64,000 nt of DNA, taken from the NCBI GenBank assembly GCA_021804565.1, contig JAJZHK010000003.1, forward strand, positions 7,043-71,042. The letters run 5' to 3'. The DNA comes from Pseudomonadota bacterium (lineage in GTDB: Bacteria > Pseudomonadota > Gammaproteobacteria > Pseudomonadales > Moraxellaceae). Below, piece after piece: positions 31,517 through 40,524 of the stretch; the first letter of the stretch is position 1; the number at the start of each line of letters is the position of its first letter. A program made the translations under genes and the position numbers. The notes below the pieces were generated by a model. That model ran no database searches and was not told where the DNA came from. It saw nothing but the letters and a program-made list of their open reading frames with translations.

Positions 31517-33004
31517 ATGATGAAACAGTCGCTGAGCCTGCAGATCGGCCAGCACCTGACCATGACCCCACAATTGCAGCAGGCGATACGCTTGCTGCAG
31601 CTTTCCACCCTGGAACTCGAGCAGGAAATCCGCGAAAGCCTCGACAGCAATCCGCTCCTTGAGTTGCAAGAAGATGACGGTGGCGCCGGCAAAAACTCAG
31701 GCGCTGACGAAGACCCGGCGGCGCTGACGACAGCCGTCGCCGGCGACCTGCCCATGGACATGGATGCGCAATCGAGCATCCCGGAAGAATTGCCCGTCGA
31801 CACCGCCTGGGATGACGTCTTCAGTGGCACCTCCACCACCGGGCTGGGCAGTGGCGGTAGCGACAGCGATGACGACTTTTCGCTGGAAACTCGGCACGCC
31901 AGCAGCAGCACCTTGCAGGATGACCTGCTCTGGCAGCTCAACCTGACCCCGTTCAGCGATCTTGACCGCACCCTGGCCCTGGCGGTCATCGACGCCATCG
32001 ACGAGCGCGGCTATCTGAGCGCTGACATCGACGAATTACGCAGCGCGGTCCAGGCACTTTTTCCTGAAACGACGATCGATGACGAGGAGATCCTCGCCGT
32101 CATCCATCGCATCCAGCAGTTCGACCCACCCGGCATCGCCGCGCGTGACCTGCGCGAGTGTCTGCTCATCCAGCTGCGTCAACTGCCCACCAGCACGCCC
32201 TGGCGCCAGCAAGCCCTGCTGCTGGTCAGTGAACACCTCGCCCTGCTCGGCCTGCACGACTACGCCAATCTGCAAAAACGCATGAAAGTCGATGAAGAAG
32301 GCCTGCGTCGCATCATCAGCCTCATACAGAGCCTCAACCCCTCCCCCGGGACGCGCAGCCAGGACGACAGCGACACCGACTACATCATCCCTGACGTCAT
32401 CCTGCGCAAGAGCGCCCAAGGCTGGCGTGTTGAACTCAATCCCGAACACATGCCGCGCCTGCGCATCAACCATGACTACGCCTCTTTGATCCGGCGCGCC
32501 GACTCCAGCGCCGACAACACCTATCTCAAAAATCACTTGCAGGAAGCACGCTGGTTCATCAAAAGCCTGCAAAGCCGCAATGAAACCATACTCAAAGTCG
32601 CCACCTGCATCGTCAAGCACCAGCTGCGCTTTCTCGATGAAGGGCCGGAAGCGATGAAACCGCTGGTGTTACGCGATGTCGCCGAAGAGGTGGGGATGCA
32701 TGAGTCGACGATTTCCCGCGTCACCCATCAGAAGTACATGCTCACACCCCGTGGCATTTTCGAGCTCAAGTACTTTTTTTCCAGCCATGTAGCGACCGCC
32801 GGTGGCGGAGAGTGCTCGAGCACCGCCATACGCGCCATGATCCGCAAGCTGGTGGCCCAGGAAGACACCCGCAAGCCGCTCAGCGACAACAAAATTGCCG
32901 ATCTGCTCGAAGCACAAGGCATCCAGGTGGCTCGCCGCACCATCGCAAAATACCGGGAATCCCTCAATATTGCGCCCTCGAATGAGAGAAAGCGGCTGCT
33001 GTAG
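31517..33004 (+). CDS. rpoN: RNA polymerase sigma-54 factor
   Basis: (M)[37 protein letters not shown] matches the RpoN N-terminus. The C-terminal HTH is [16 protein letters not shown] and the RpoN box is [10 protein letters not shown]. The upstream part of the track ORF (31364..) is not homologous. Confidence 0.93.
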   Translation: MMKQSLSLQIGQHLTMTPQLQQAIRLLQLSTLELEQEIRESLDSNPLLELQEDDGGAGKNSGADEDPAALTTAVAGDLPMDMDAQSSIPEELPVDTAWDDVFSGTSTTGLGSGGSDSDDDFSLETRHASSSTLQDDLLWQLNLTPFSDLDRTLALAVIDAIDERGYLSADIDELRSAVQALFPETTIDDEEILAVIHRIQQFDPPGIAARDLRECLLIQLRQLPTSTPWRQQALLLVSEHLALLGLHDYANLQKRMKVDEEGLRRIISLIQSLNPSPGTRSQDDSDTDYIIPDVILRKSAQGWRVELNPEHMPRLRINHDYASLIRRADSSADNTYLKNHLQEARWFIKSLQSRNETILKVATCIVKHQLRFLDEGPEAMKPLVLRDVAEEVGMHESTISRVTHQKYMLTPRGIFELKYFFSSHVATAGGGECSSTAIRAMIRKLVAQEDTRKPLSDNKIADLLEAQGIQVARRTIAKYRESLNIAPSNERKRLL

Positions 33005-33099
33005 TGTGCTACATTGAGAACAGATATCGTAAGCTCCAGGTGGCAGGTCGGGGCTTACACCAGGGGCCTGCAGCCCCACAACCTGAAGAGGAAAGGCCT

Positions 33100-33387
33100 A
33101 TGCAAATGACCATCAGCGGACACCATGTCGAACTTACCCAGGCCCTCAAGGACTATGTTGGCGAAAAGCTTGGCCGTATCGAGCGTCACTTCGACCAGAT
33201 CACCAGCCTGCAAGTCATCCTCAGCGTCGACAAGCTGATCCAGAAAGCTGAAGCGACGGTGCGTGCGGCCGGCGCCGAGATCTTCGCCATCGCCGAGTCG
33301 GAAGATATGTACGCGGCGATCGACGAATTGACCGACAAACTTGACCGACAGATCAAACGTCACAAGGAAAAATTGCAACGCCACTGA
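33100..33387 (+). CDS. hpf: Ribosome hibernation promoting factor (short HPF/YhbH type)
   Basis: 95 aa. MQMTISGHHVELTQALKDYVGEKLGRIERHF.. is typical of the sigma-54 modulation protein family. A GAGGAAAGG RBS precedes the ATG at 33100. Confidence 0.88.
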   Translation: MQMTISGHHVELTQALKDYVGEKLGRIERHFDQITSLQVILSVDKLIQKAEATVRAAGAEIFAIAESEDMYAAIDELTDKLDRQIKRHKEKLQRH

Positions 33388-33450
33388 AACGGATCCAGGA
33401 TGGGCGATGATGTCCATCCTCTCCATCCACCATCGAGATCCAGGGGCGCC

Positions 33451-34332
33451 ATGAAACTCGTCGTCGTCAGCGGAAGATCAGGATCTGGCAAAACGTCAGC
33501 CCTGCATGTCCTCGAGGACATGGGCTACTACTGCGTCGACAATCTCCCGGTCACCTTGCTGCCCGCTTTGACCCGGAGTCTGAACCAGGCGCCCCAGGCT
33601 CAACAACAAAATGTCGCGGTCGGCATAGACGCCCGCAACCGCGCCGAGGACCTCGAGCATGTCGAGGCTATCCTCAAGGAAGTCCGGCAACAGGGGGTGC
33701 GTGTCGAGGTCTTCTACCTCGACGCCAGCGATGAGGTGCTCATACAGCGCTTCCACTCGACGCGCCGCAAGCACCCGTTGAGCAATGCCTCGCAGTCCCT
33801 GAAAGAGTCGATGCTGCTGGAGCGCAGGTTGCTGGATCGTATGAGCAGCCAGGCGACGATGCGTATCGACACCAGCGACTTCAATATTCATGAGCTGCGG
33901 GAAGAGTTCAAACGCCGTGTCGACGCCGGACGCGACAGCTCGGTGGTTTTGCTGGTGGAGTCCTTTGCCTACAAAAATGGCGTCCCCTCGGACGCCGACT
34001 TTGTCTTTGATGTCCGCTGTCTGCCCAATCCGCATTGGCAAAACAATTTGCGCGAACAGACCGGACTGGACGCCGGCGTCATCGAGTTTCTTGAAGCACA
34101 GACGGTGGTCAGCAGTTTTCTGAGCGACACTTTCGACTTTTTGCAGCGCTGGCTGCCGCGCTTCAATGAAGGCGATCGCAGCTACCTGACCATCGCTTTT
34201 GGTTGCACCGGTGGACAGCACCGCTCGGTCTATATGGCGGAGCAAATTGCCTTGCGCCTGCGCCAATTCGGCCTGACCCAGGTCCAGGTCAGGCATCGTG
34301 AGCTGTCTGCCCGTATCGAGACCCTCTCATGA
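33451..34332 (+). CDS. rapZ: RNase adapter protein RapZ (YhbJ, P-loop)
   Basis: MKLVVVSGRSGSGKTSALHVLEDMGYYCVDNLP.. and the C-terminal AFGCTGGQHRSV. Preferred start is the ATG at 33451 inside track ORF 33400..34332. Confidence 0.9.
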   Translation: MKLVVVSGRSGSGKTSALHVLEDMGYYCVDNLPVTLLPALTRSLNQAPQAQQQNVAVGIDARNRAEDLEHVEAILKEVRQQGVRVEVFYLDASDEVLIQRFHSTRRKHPLSNASQSLKESMLLERRLLDRMSSQATMRIDTSDFNIHELREEFKRRVDAGRDSSVVLLVESFAYKNGVPSDADFVFDVRCLPNPHWQNNLREQTGLDAGVIEFLEAQTVVSSFLSDTFDFLQRWLPRFNEGDRSYLTIAFGCTGGQHRSVYMAEQIALRLRQFGLTQVQVRHRELSARIETLS

Positions 34333-34598
34333 CCGAGATAGAACTGACCATCATCAACAAACTAGGCCTGCATGCCCGCGCCGCATCGAAGCTGGTCAGC
34401 GTCTGCAGTCGTTTTGAATCACGCGTCGAGATAGGCCATGGCGGGCGTTACATCGACGCCAAAAGCATCATGGCGCTATTGCTCTCGGCGATCAGTTGTG
34501 GCACCGCCATCAAGCTGCGTGCCGATGGCAGGGATGAGCAGGAAGCACTCGATGCCGTGCGCCTGCTGATCGCTCAACGTTTTGAGGAAGCGGAATAA
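34329..34598 (+). CDS. ptsO: HPr-like phosphocarrier NPr of the nitrogen PTS
   Basis: 89 aa, with NKLGLHARAASKLV (active-site His region). Its start overlaps the rapZ stop (ATGA). Confidence 0.88.
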   Translation: MTEIELTIINKLGLHARAASKLVSVCSRFESRVEIGHGGRYIDAKSIMALLLSAISCGTAIKLRADGRDEQEALDAVRLLIAQRFEEAE

Positions 34599-35120
34599 TT
34601 GAATTTTTCTCACCGACACCCGCAGGATGACGCTCCCGACGAGCTCGATCGCATCAGCAAAAGCCAGCGCAAACGCGATATGGACAGACTGCAAACCTTG
34701 GGCGAGCATCTGCTGCGACTGAAACCTGCCGTACAGGCGACCCTGCCGATCAGCGACAGCCTCCGCCAGGCGCTCAGCGATGATGCCCGTATCAAAGGCG
34801 GTGAGGCCAAACGGCGCCACCGCCAGTATCTGGGCAAGCTGATGCGCCAGATCGACGAGAGCGAACTGCTCGACGCCCTGGAAGCCCTCAAACCCAACCC
34901 GGGCCGGGACACCCTGATCAACAATTGTCTGGACCGTCTGCTCCATGAAGGCGAGCGCGCCGTGCAGGAGCTGATTCAGCGCCTGCCCATGCTCGACCGC
35001 TACTACCTGCGCCTGCTCATACGCATGGCTGAACAGGAACAGGAGCGCAGCGGTGACGACAGCGAAGGACGCGAACGCATACGCCTCTACCTGCGGGAGC
35101 TGTTCATCCTCAAGGGCTGA
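34599..35120 (+). CDS. yjgA: Ribosome-associated protein YjgA/DarP (DUF615)
   Basis: SKSQRKRDMDRLQTLGEHLL..RRHRQYLGKLMRQ..RIRLYLRELF parallels E. coli YjgA (SKSEIKRDAEELKRLG..RRRQLQLIGKMLRQ..IFQYLRELA). The only in-frame start upstream of the conserved region is the TTG at 34599. Confidence 0.8.
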   Translation: MNFSHRHPQDDAPDELDRISKSQRKRDMDRLQTLGEHLLRLKPAVQATLPISDSLRQALSDDARIKGGEAKRRHRQYLGKLMRQIDESELLDALEALKPNPGRDTLINNCLDRLLHEGERAVQELIQRLPMLDRYYLRLLIRMAEQEQERSGDDSEGRERIRLYLRELFILKG

Positions 35121-35585
35121 TCAGGCCAGGGGGGCCATGAAGTCGGTCAGTCGCTCCGAGGTCTTGCGCAAATTCATACTGAGCAGCGAGGCCACCCCTT
35201 TGAGGATCTTGATCCCTATCTCCGGGTGCATCTTGAGGACCATATCGAAGCCCTTGCGGGTCAGCACGACCAGGGCGGTTGCACTGCGGGCACGCACCGA
35301 CGCTGAACGGTTCAGCCTGTCGATCAAGGACATCTCGCCCAAAGAGCTGCCTTTTCCCAAACTGGCGATGACCACCACCTGCCCCTGCTGGTTCTGTTTG
35401 AGCACCTCGAGCACGCCACTGGCCACAAAGCACACAAAATCGCCTTTATCACCCTCCTTAAAGACGTAGTCACCGGTGGCAACTCTGTTGAAAAACATAA
35501 ACTTTTCCAGGGTTACCCGCTCCACTTCATCGAGTTCTGCAAAAATAGGAACATCGACCAGATAATCCGAAATACGAAATGCCAT
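35121..35585 (-). CDS. Stand-alone cyclic nucleotide-binding domain protein
   Basis: 154 aa. IFAELDEVERVTLEKFM..GDYVFKEGDKGDFVCFVASGVLEV..LGKGSSLGEMSLID..RSASVRA fits the cNMP-binding fold. Confidence 0.8.
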   Translation of the reverse strand: MAFRISDYLVDVPIFAELDEVERVTLEKFMFFNRVATGDYVFKEGDKGDFVCFVASGVLEVLKQNQQGQVVVIASLGKGSSLGEMSLIDRLNRSASVRARSATALVVLTRKGFDMVLKMHPEIGIKILKGVASLLSMNLRKTSERLTDFMAPLA

Positions 35586-35691
35586 AACAGGCTCGCTGAG
35601 TACAACCGATGTCTACCATCCTAGCACCCACAGACCAGCTCGCCGCTCTTATCAGCCCATTTTGTGAAGTTTTCGACATGCCGGAAAGTCG

Positions 35692-36510
35692 CTAAAGACG
35701 CCGCTGCTGCGCCATGGGCATCGCGCGGCGACGCGCATCCACCGCGTCCAGATCGATCGCCATGACGTGCAGGCCCACCTGCTCGGCAGCGTCGAGCACC
35801 ACCTCGCCCCAGGGATCGACGATCAGACTGTGCCCATAGGTTTGACGCTCGCGGTCATGCCAGCCGGCCTGGGCGGGCGCCAGGACAAACACCTGACTTT
35901 CTATGGCACGCGCGCGCAGGAGCACATGCCAATGCGCCTCCCCCGTCCGCTGGGTGAAGGCAGCCGGCACCGCGATCAGGCGCACATCGGCACGCGCCAA
36001 CTGGCTGTAGAGCTCCGCAAAGCGCAGGTCGTAGCAGACCGACAGGCCCAGACGCCCCCATGGGGTCTCGGCCACCACCGGGCGCTCACCGGCCTCGATA
36101 CGATCGGACTCACGATAGGCACCGACGGCATCGACCACATCGACGTCAAAAAGGTGCATCTTGTCGTAGCGAGCCTGGATCTGGCCCTCGCTATCGATCA
36201 GAAAACTGGCTGCACGCACCCGACCGGCGGCACAAGCCTGGCCATCCGGTCGCGTCGGCCACGGCAGGGTCCCCGCCAGCAGCCACAGACCGTAACGATG
36301 CGCCCAGGTCTGCAAGCTGTGTAAAAATTCCGGGGCCTGCTGGGCCCAGGCGAGCACGCCGGTAGCGCCCATGGCCATGGCATTTTCTGGCAGACAGAGC
36401 AGATCGACGCCGCGCCGGGCCGCTTCCTGCATGCCTTTTTCAATAGCCACCAGGTTGCTGGCCACCTGATCGGTACTGCACATCTGTAACAAACCCACCC
36501 GACAATGCAT
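35692..36510 (-). CDS. Carbon-nitrogen hydrolase (nitrilase superfamily) amidase
   Basis: 272 aa. Motifs: VGLLQM.., LLCLPENA (catalytic Glu), HLFD, and LGLSVCYDLRFAELY (catalytic Cys). Confidence 0.85.
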   Translation of the reverse strand: MHCRVGLLQMCSTDQVASNLVAIEKGMQEAARRGVDLLCLPENAMAMGATGVLAWAQQAPEFLHSLQTWAHRYGLWLLAGTLPWPTRPDGQACAAGRVRAASFLIDSEGQIQARYDKMHLFDVDVVDAVGAYRESDRIEAGERPVVAETPWGRLGLSVCYDLRFAELYSQLARADVRLIAVPAAFTQRTGEAHWHVLLRARAIESQVFVLAPAQAGWHDRERQTYGHSLIVDPWGEVVLDAAEQVGLHVMAIDLDAVDARRRAMPMAQQRRL

Positions 36511-36883
36511 GTCCTGCCTCCTCGTCCGCAGACGATACCCGTCGCACCCGATCGAGAATCAGGCTTCGAGCATCTCCTGCACCATCATAGTCGCTCCAAA
36601 GCGAGCGGACGAGAGCGAGACCCAGCTGCGCGGCGGCCACCAGTGCGGCTGTCGACAAGCCGGCCGAGCGCGCCACCACCGACAGCTGTATCAGGTTCGG
36701 CTGCAGCGAGACCGGCATACTGAACAAAGCCGCCTTGATGATCGACAGGCGTACGTCGCTGATTCTCGCAAGATCGCGGCTCAATTGCAGATCTCTGGCC
36801 AGGCACCCGGTCACCACGATGACCGGCTCCCTATCGATGAGGGCCTGTTGCAAAGCCTGCACCTTGCTGACCTGAAGGCTCAT
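36440..36883 (-). CDS. Hypothetical protein; its 3' end overlaps the C-N hydrolase start by 71 nt
   Basis: 147-aa ORF with no motif I recognise. It is the only sizeable ORF filling the 36511-36883 gap and lies on the same strand as the downstream hydrolase. Confidence 0.35.
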   Translation of the reverse strand: MSLQVSKVQALQQALIDREPVIVVTGCLARDLQLSRDLARISDVRLSIIKAALFSMPVSLQPNLIQLSVVARSAGLSTAALVAAAQLGLALVRSLWSDYDGAGDARSLILDRVRRVSSADEEAGHALSGGFVTDVQYRSGGQQPGGY

Positions 36884-37026
36884 GACATGTCTCCTGTAAC
36901 GTGAACATCGCTGTTCTGTCCGATACTAGATCGCCACGGCGATAGATCGTGTCGCGGTCACGCCCGCTTGAGCCCTGGGGGTCGCTGGCGTTACCCTAAG
37001 CCATCGCTCACTTTTGAGAACATCAA

Positions 37027-37671
37027 ATGCCAGCTTCTTCTGCCGTTGGGCGCCCCGCCAGTATCACGCGTGACGAGATCATGAGCGCCGCCTTGAGCCT
37101 GCTCGGCCCCAACCGCAGCATGTCCAGTCTCAGCCTGCGCGAAATTGCCCGTGCCACGGGGATGGCACCGAACAGTTTTTACCGTCATTTCCGTGACATC
37201 GAGGAGCTGTCGATCGCCCTCATCGACCTTGCCGCACGCTCTTTGCAGCAGATCATCCGCGAAGCCCGGGAGCGTGCCCAACAACGACATGGCAGCGTTG
37301 TTGCCAGCTCTATCGAAGCTTTTATGCAGCAGCTGCATGAAGATGCGCGATTTTTACACCTGCTGTTGCGTGAGAGCCATCTCGGCTCTGCCGCCTACAA
37401 GCAGGCCATCGAGCAAGCCCTCGTGCAATTTGAACAGGAGCTGTGCAGCGACCTGATCCGTCTCGCCCACCACAATGAGCGGCCTTTGTACGCACCCGAC
37501 CTGACCGCGCGGGCGATCACCCGTCTGGTCTTTGCCATCGGGGCCTCTGCGATCGATCGTCCGCATCGTGAGCATGCGCGTATCGCTGAAGAACTCTGTG
37601 CCATGGTGCGCATGCTGCTGCTCGGCAGCCAGCAGATGGCGCACCTGTCGTCAGCAGCTTCGACGGTCTGA
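37027..37671 (+). CDS. fabR: TetR-family repressor of unsaturated fatty-acid synthesis, FabR-like
   Basis: [67 protein letters not shown] closely parallels E. coli FabR ([66 protein letters not shown]). Confidence 0.8.
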   Translation: [214 protein letters not shown]

Positions 37672-37813
37672 GCCCTGCAAGCGCGCAAAAAAATGCCCGC
37701 AAGAGCGGGCGAGGAAGAGACCAAACATGAGACGCAGACAAGGGCATCGCAGATGCAGCCAGTATGTGCGTCATCGTGGCTGATGACCAGCCCCTGAAGC
37801 CAACTTCGTGGTA

Positions 37814-39484
37814 TCAATCATGTAACACAGCCGGCTCGCTGCCAAGATGGCCCGCGATGGGCGCGCGGGTCAAGTGCCGCGGCCAGCGCATGATGAAGGC
37901 CGCTCCGCCCAGATCGGCACTGACGCCGACACTGATGCTGCCTTCATGCCAATGCGCAATTTTCTCGACGATGGACAAGCCCAGACCGTAGCCCCCCGAA
38001 GAGCGGGTACGGCTGTCATCGAGGCGGGCAAAGGGCTCAAAGATGCGCTGACGCTCACTTTCCGGGATGCCGGGACCATCGTCCTCGACGCTCAGCCAGC
38101 AGTTGAGTTCATCCTGGCCGCAGCTGAGGCGGATGTGATGGCGAGCGTAGCGGACCGCATTGCCCACCAAATTTTGCACCACCCGATGAATATAACGCTC
38201 TTCCGCCCAGACCGGCTCCATCACCGGCGCCGCGACGCTGATCTCCACCGCCACCCGCAAAGCGGTCGTCTCGGCGCGTACCCGCTGCAGTAGATCGGGC
38301 AAGCTGAAAGTCGCCAAACGCAGGTGTGGCAGGCCCTCCTCGAGACGCGCGTAGGTCAGGATTTCATCGATCAGCTGATTGAGTTCCTCGATATCTGCGT
38401 CTATCTCCCGCAGCTGATGCTGTCTGTCCTCATGCTGATCGGCCTCGGCCAGTATCTCGACACCAAAGCGTATGCGCGCCACCGGGGTGCGCAACTCGTG
38501 CGAAACCGCCCGCATCATCTCTTTTTGCGCCAGGATCAGGCGCTGGATATGGTCGGCCATGCCATTGAAGACAAAGGCCAGCTGACCGATCTCATCACCG
38601 GAGCGTACCTGCGCGCGCGCCCCCAGGTCGCCTGCGCGCATGCGCCGCAAGACCAGTTCAAGCTGCTTGATGCGACGCTCCAGGGGCCGCACCAGCAGGT
38701 AGGCACACAAGGTGATCGCCGCCAGAGCGATCAGCGATGAGATGACCATCAAACGCATGGGCATCCAGGTGAACAGATAGAGCGGCCCGAGCTCGATGAG
38801 CTTCTGGCTTTCCGGCAAAGGCGCGATGATACGTACCGAAGAGCTGTTCGGTGTGTTGCCCTGCTTGAGGACCAGAACCACTTCCTTGTTGGCGATGCGG
38901 GCCTTCTGCTCGCCATCGAGGCCCAGGGAGCGGGCGTCGACCAGTCTGACCTGATAAGCGAAATAGGGCTTGAGCGCCAATAGATGCGCCTGGCGCTGGG
39001 CGAGAGGAACCGACTGCAGCTCATCGATGAGCAGGGCGGCCAAGGCTTTGGCCTGCTGCTCGGAGACTTTGCTCATACGGGTGTGGATGTAGGCGTCGGC
39101 CTCACCGGGGATACGTGCGTAGATGTCCGCCTGCGATGCCGAGGGGTCCAGGCGCACCACCGCGTTACCGGCACGCAGATCGCGCCTTTCCAGCCAGGTG
39201 AAGCCCTGGCGCCGGCCAGGCACGACATCGAAGGGGGCCTCCATCATCTGCCCGACCCCTTGCAGCCAGGACGCCCGCTCGGCCCCGGCATGACGGGCGG
39301 TGCCCAGGGCGATCAGACGAAACATGCCGCTCGCCATATGCTCACGATAGCGGGCGGCACGCCACTCATTGATGCCCTGCAAGCTCCACCAGGTGACCAG
39401 TGCCACCACCGTGATGCACAACAACAAGCTGCCATAGAGCTTGAGGAAAAGGCTGACCCGACGCCGCGCTTGCTGCTCATTCAT
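37814..39484 (-). CDS. Sensor histidine kinase (two TM segments, periplasmic domain, HAMP, HisKA, HATPase_c)
   Basis: 556 aa. Motifs: H-box AVSHELRTPVARIRF, N-box QNLVGNAVRYA, and G-box DDGPGIP..GGYGLGLSIV. It starts 3 nt after the response-regulator stop. Confidence 0.9.
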   Translation of the reverse strand: MNEQQARRRVSLFLKLYGSLLLCITVVALVTWWSLQGINEWRAARYREHMASGMFRLIALGTARHAGAERASWLQGVGQMMEAPFDVVPGRRQGFTWLERRDLRAGNAVVRLDPSASQADIYARIPGEADAYIHTRMSKVSEQQAKALAALLIDELQSVPLAQRQAHLLALKPYFAYQVRLVDARSLGLDGEQKARIANKEVVLVLKQGNTPNSSSVRIIAPLPESQKLIELGPLYLFTWMPMRLMVISSLIALAAITLCAYLLVRPLERRIKQLELVLRRMRAGDLGARAQVRSGDEIGQLAFVFNGMADHIQRLILAQKEMMRAVSHELRTPVARIRFGVEILAEADQHEDRQHQLREIDADIEELNQLIDEILTYARLEEGLPHLRLATFSLPDLLQRVRAETTALRVAVEISVAAPVMEPVWAEERYIHRVVQNLVGNAVRYARHHIRLSCGQDELNCWLSVEDDGPGIPESERQRIFEPFARLDDSRTRSSGGYGLGLSIVEKIAHWHEGSISVGVSADLGGAAFIMRWPRHLTRAPIAGHLGSEPAVLHD

Positions 39485-39487
39485 GGG

Positions 39488-40204
39488 TTATTGAGCGGAC
39501 TCTCGCACAAACAGGTAACCCTTGCTGCGCACCGTCTTGATACGCCGGGGATTATCGGGGTCATCGCCGATTTTGGGGCGAATACGGCTGATACGCACGT
39601 CGATCGAGCGATCCTGACCGTCGTATTCGATGCCGCGCAAGCTGGCGAAGATGTCTTCACGCGACAGGATGGTGCCGGCATGCGAAGCGAGCAGCCAGAG
39701 CAGGTCGTACTCGGCACTGGTGAAGTCGACCAGTTCGCCGGCCAGGCTCACCGAGCGGGCGCCGTTGTCGATCACCAGCTCGCCGAACTCCAACCTTTGC
39801 TGCTGCTCTTCCTCGCCGCCCTCGATGCGACGCAGCAAGGCGCGCACACGCGCCAGGAGCACCCTCGGCTGCACCGGCTTGGCGACATAGTCGTCGGCCC
39901 CCATCTCGAGGCCGAGCACCTGGTCCATATCATCGCTGCGCGCGGTCAGCATGAGGATGGGCTGCATGAAGTGCTGACTGCGCAGCTCTCTGCAGATCGA
40001 CAGCCCATCGACACCCGGCAACATGACGTCGAGCACCACCAGATCCGGCTGCTCTTGCAAGATACGACGCACCGCCTGAGCACCATCGCCTTCCACACTC
40101 ACCTGAAAGCCATTGCGCTGCATATAATCCTGGGTCAGCGCGGCCAGGCGCTGGTCGTCCTCAACGATCAGAATGCGTTGTCCGCGAAGATCTTTGTCGA
40201 CCAT
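39488..40204 (-). CDS. OmpR/PhoB-family response regulator
   Basis: ORF 39488..40324. The ATG at 40204 follows an AGGAGAG RBS. The receiver reads RILIVEDDQRL..DLVVLDVMLPGVDG, and the winged helix reads RSIDVRISRIRPKI..IKTVRSKGYLF. Confidence 0.9.
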   Translation of the reverse strand: MVDKDLRGQRILIVEDDQRLAALTQDYMQRNGFQVSVEGDGAQAVRRILQEQPDLVVLDVMLPGVDGLSICRELRSQHFMQPILMLTARSDDMDQVLGLEMGADDYVAKPVQPRVLLARVRALLRRIEGGEEEQQQRLEFGELVIDNGARSVSLAGELVDFTSAEYDLLWLLASHAGTILSREDIFASLRGIEYDGQDRSIDVRISRIRPKIGDDPDNPRRIKTVRSKGYLFVRESAQ

Positions 40205-40316
40205 GAACCACTCTCCTAGAACGCTCTTGTACGGCGATGATAGTGCAAGCCAGGGCCTACACACAGGGAAAATTACAATCTGCCTACAAGCCAGAGCTGT
40301 CGCCTCTTGCCCGAAG

Positions 40317-40359
40317 TTATCCACAACTTATCCTCAAGCATACCCCAGATTTATCCTCT
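40317..40359 (+). promoter_or_regulatory. Cluster of three DnaA-box-like 9-mers upstream of nrdA: TTATCCACA (40317-40325, perfect consensus), TTATCCTCA (40328-40336), TTATCCTCT (40351-40359)
   Basis: Read directly in the sequence. All three have the same orientation and lie 165-210 nt upstream of the nrdA ATG, in the divergent intergenic region. Confidence 0.55.
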
Positions 40360-40524
40360 TGCAATTCTGGACCAAGCCTCTTATCTTGTAGTTCAAACAA
40401 CATACACCTACCATATATTGGGCCTTGAGCCGCTCGCGAGCTGATTCTGCCGGCCAGAAAAGCTGTCGAAAAATCAAGTGCCCAGGAACTTTGTACACGG
40501 CCCATCACATAGGGATAGATCCAT

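Noticed and set aside
40398-40413. Possible NrdR box CTACCATATATTGGGC upstream of nrdA (about 11 of 16 matches to the acaCwAtATaTwGtgt consensus as I remember it)
   Set aside because: The outer arms are weak, and I could not find the second box that normally lies about 31-32 nt away. A proper matrix scan is needed.
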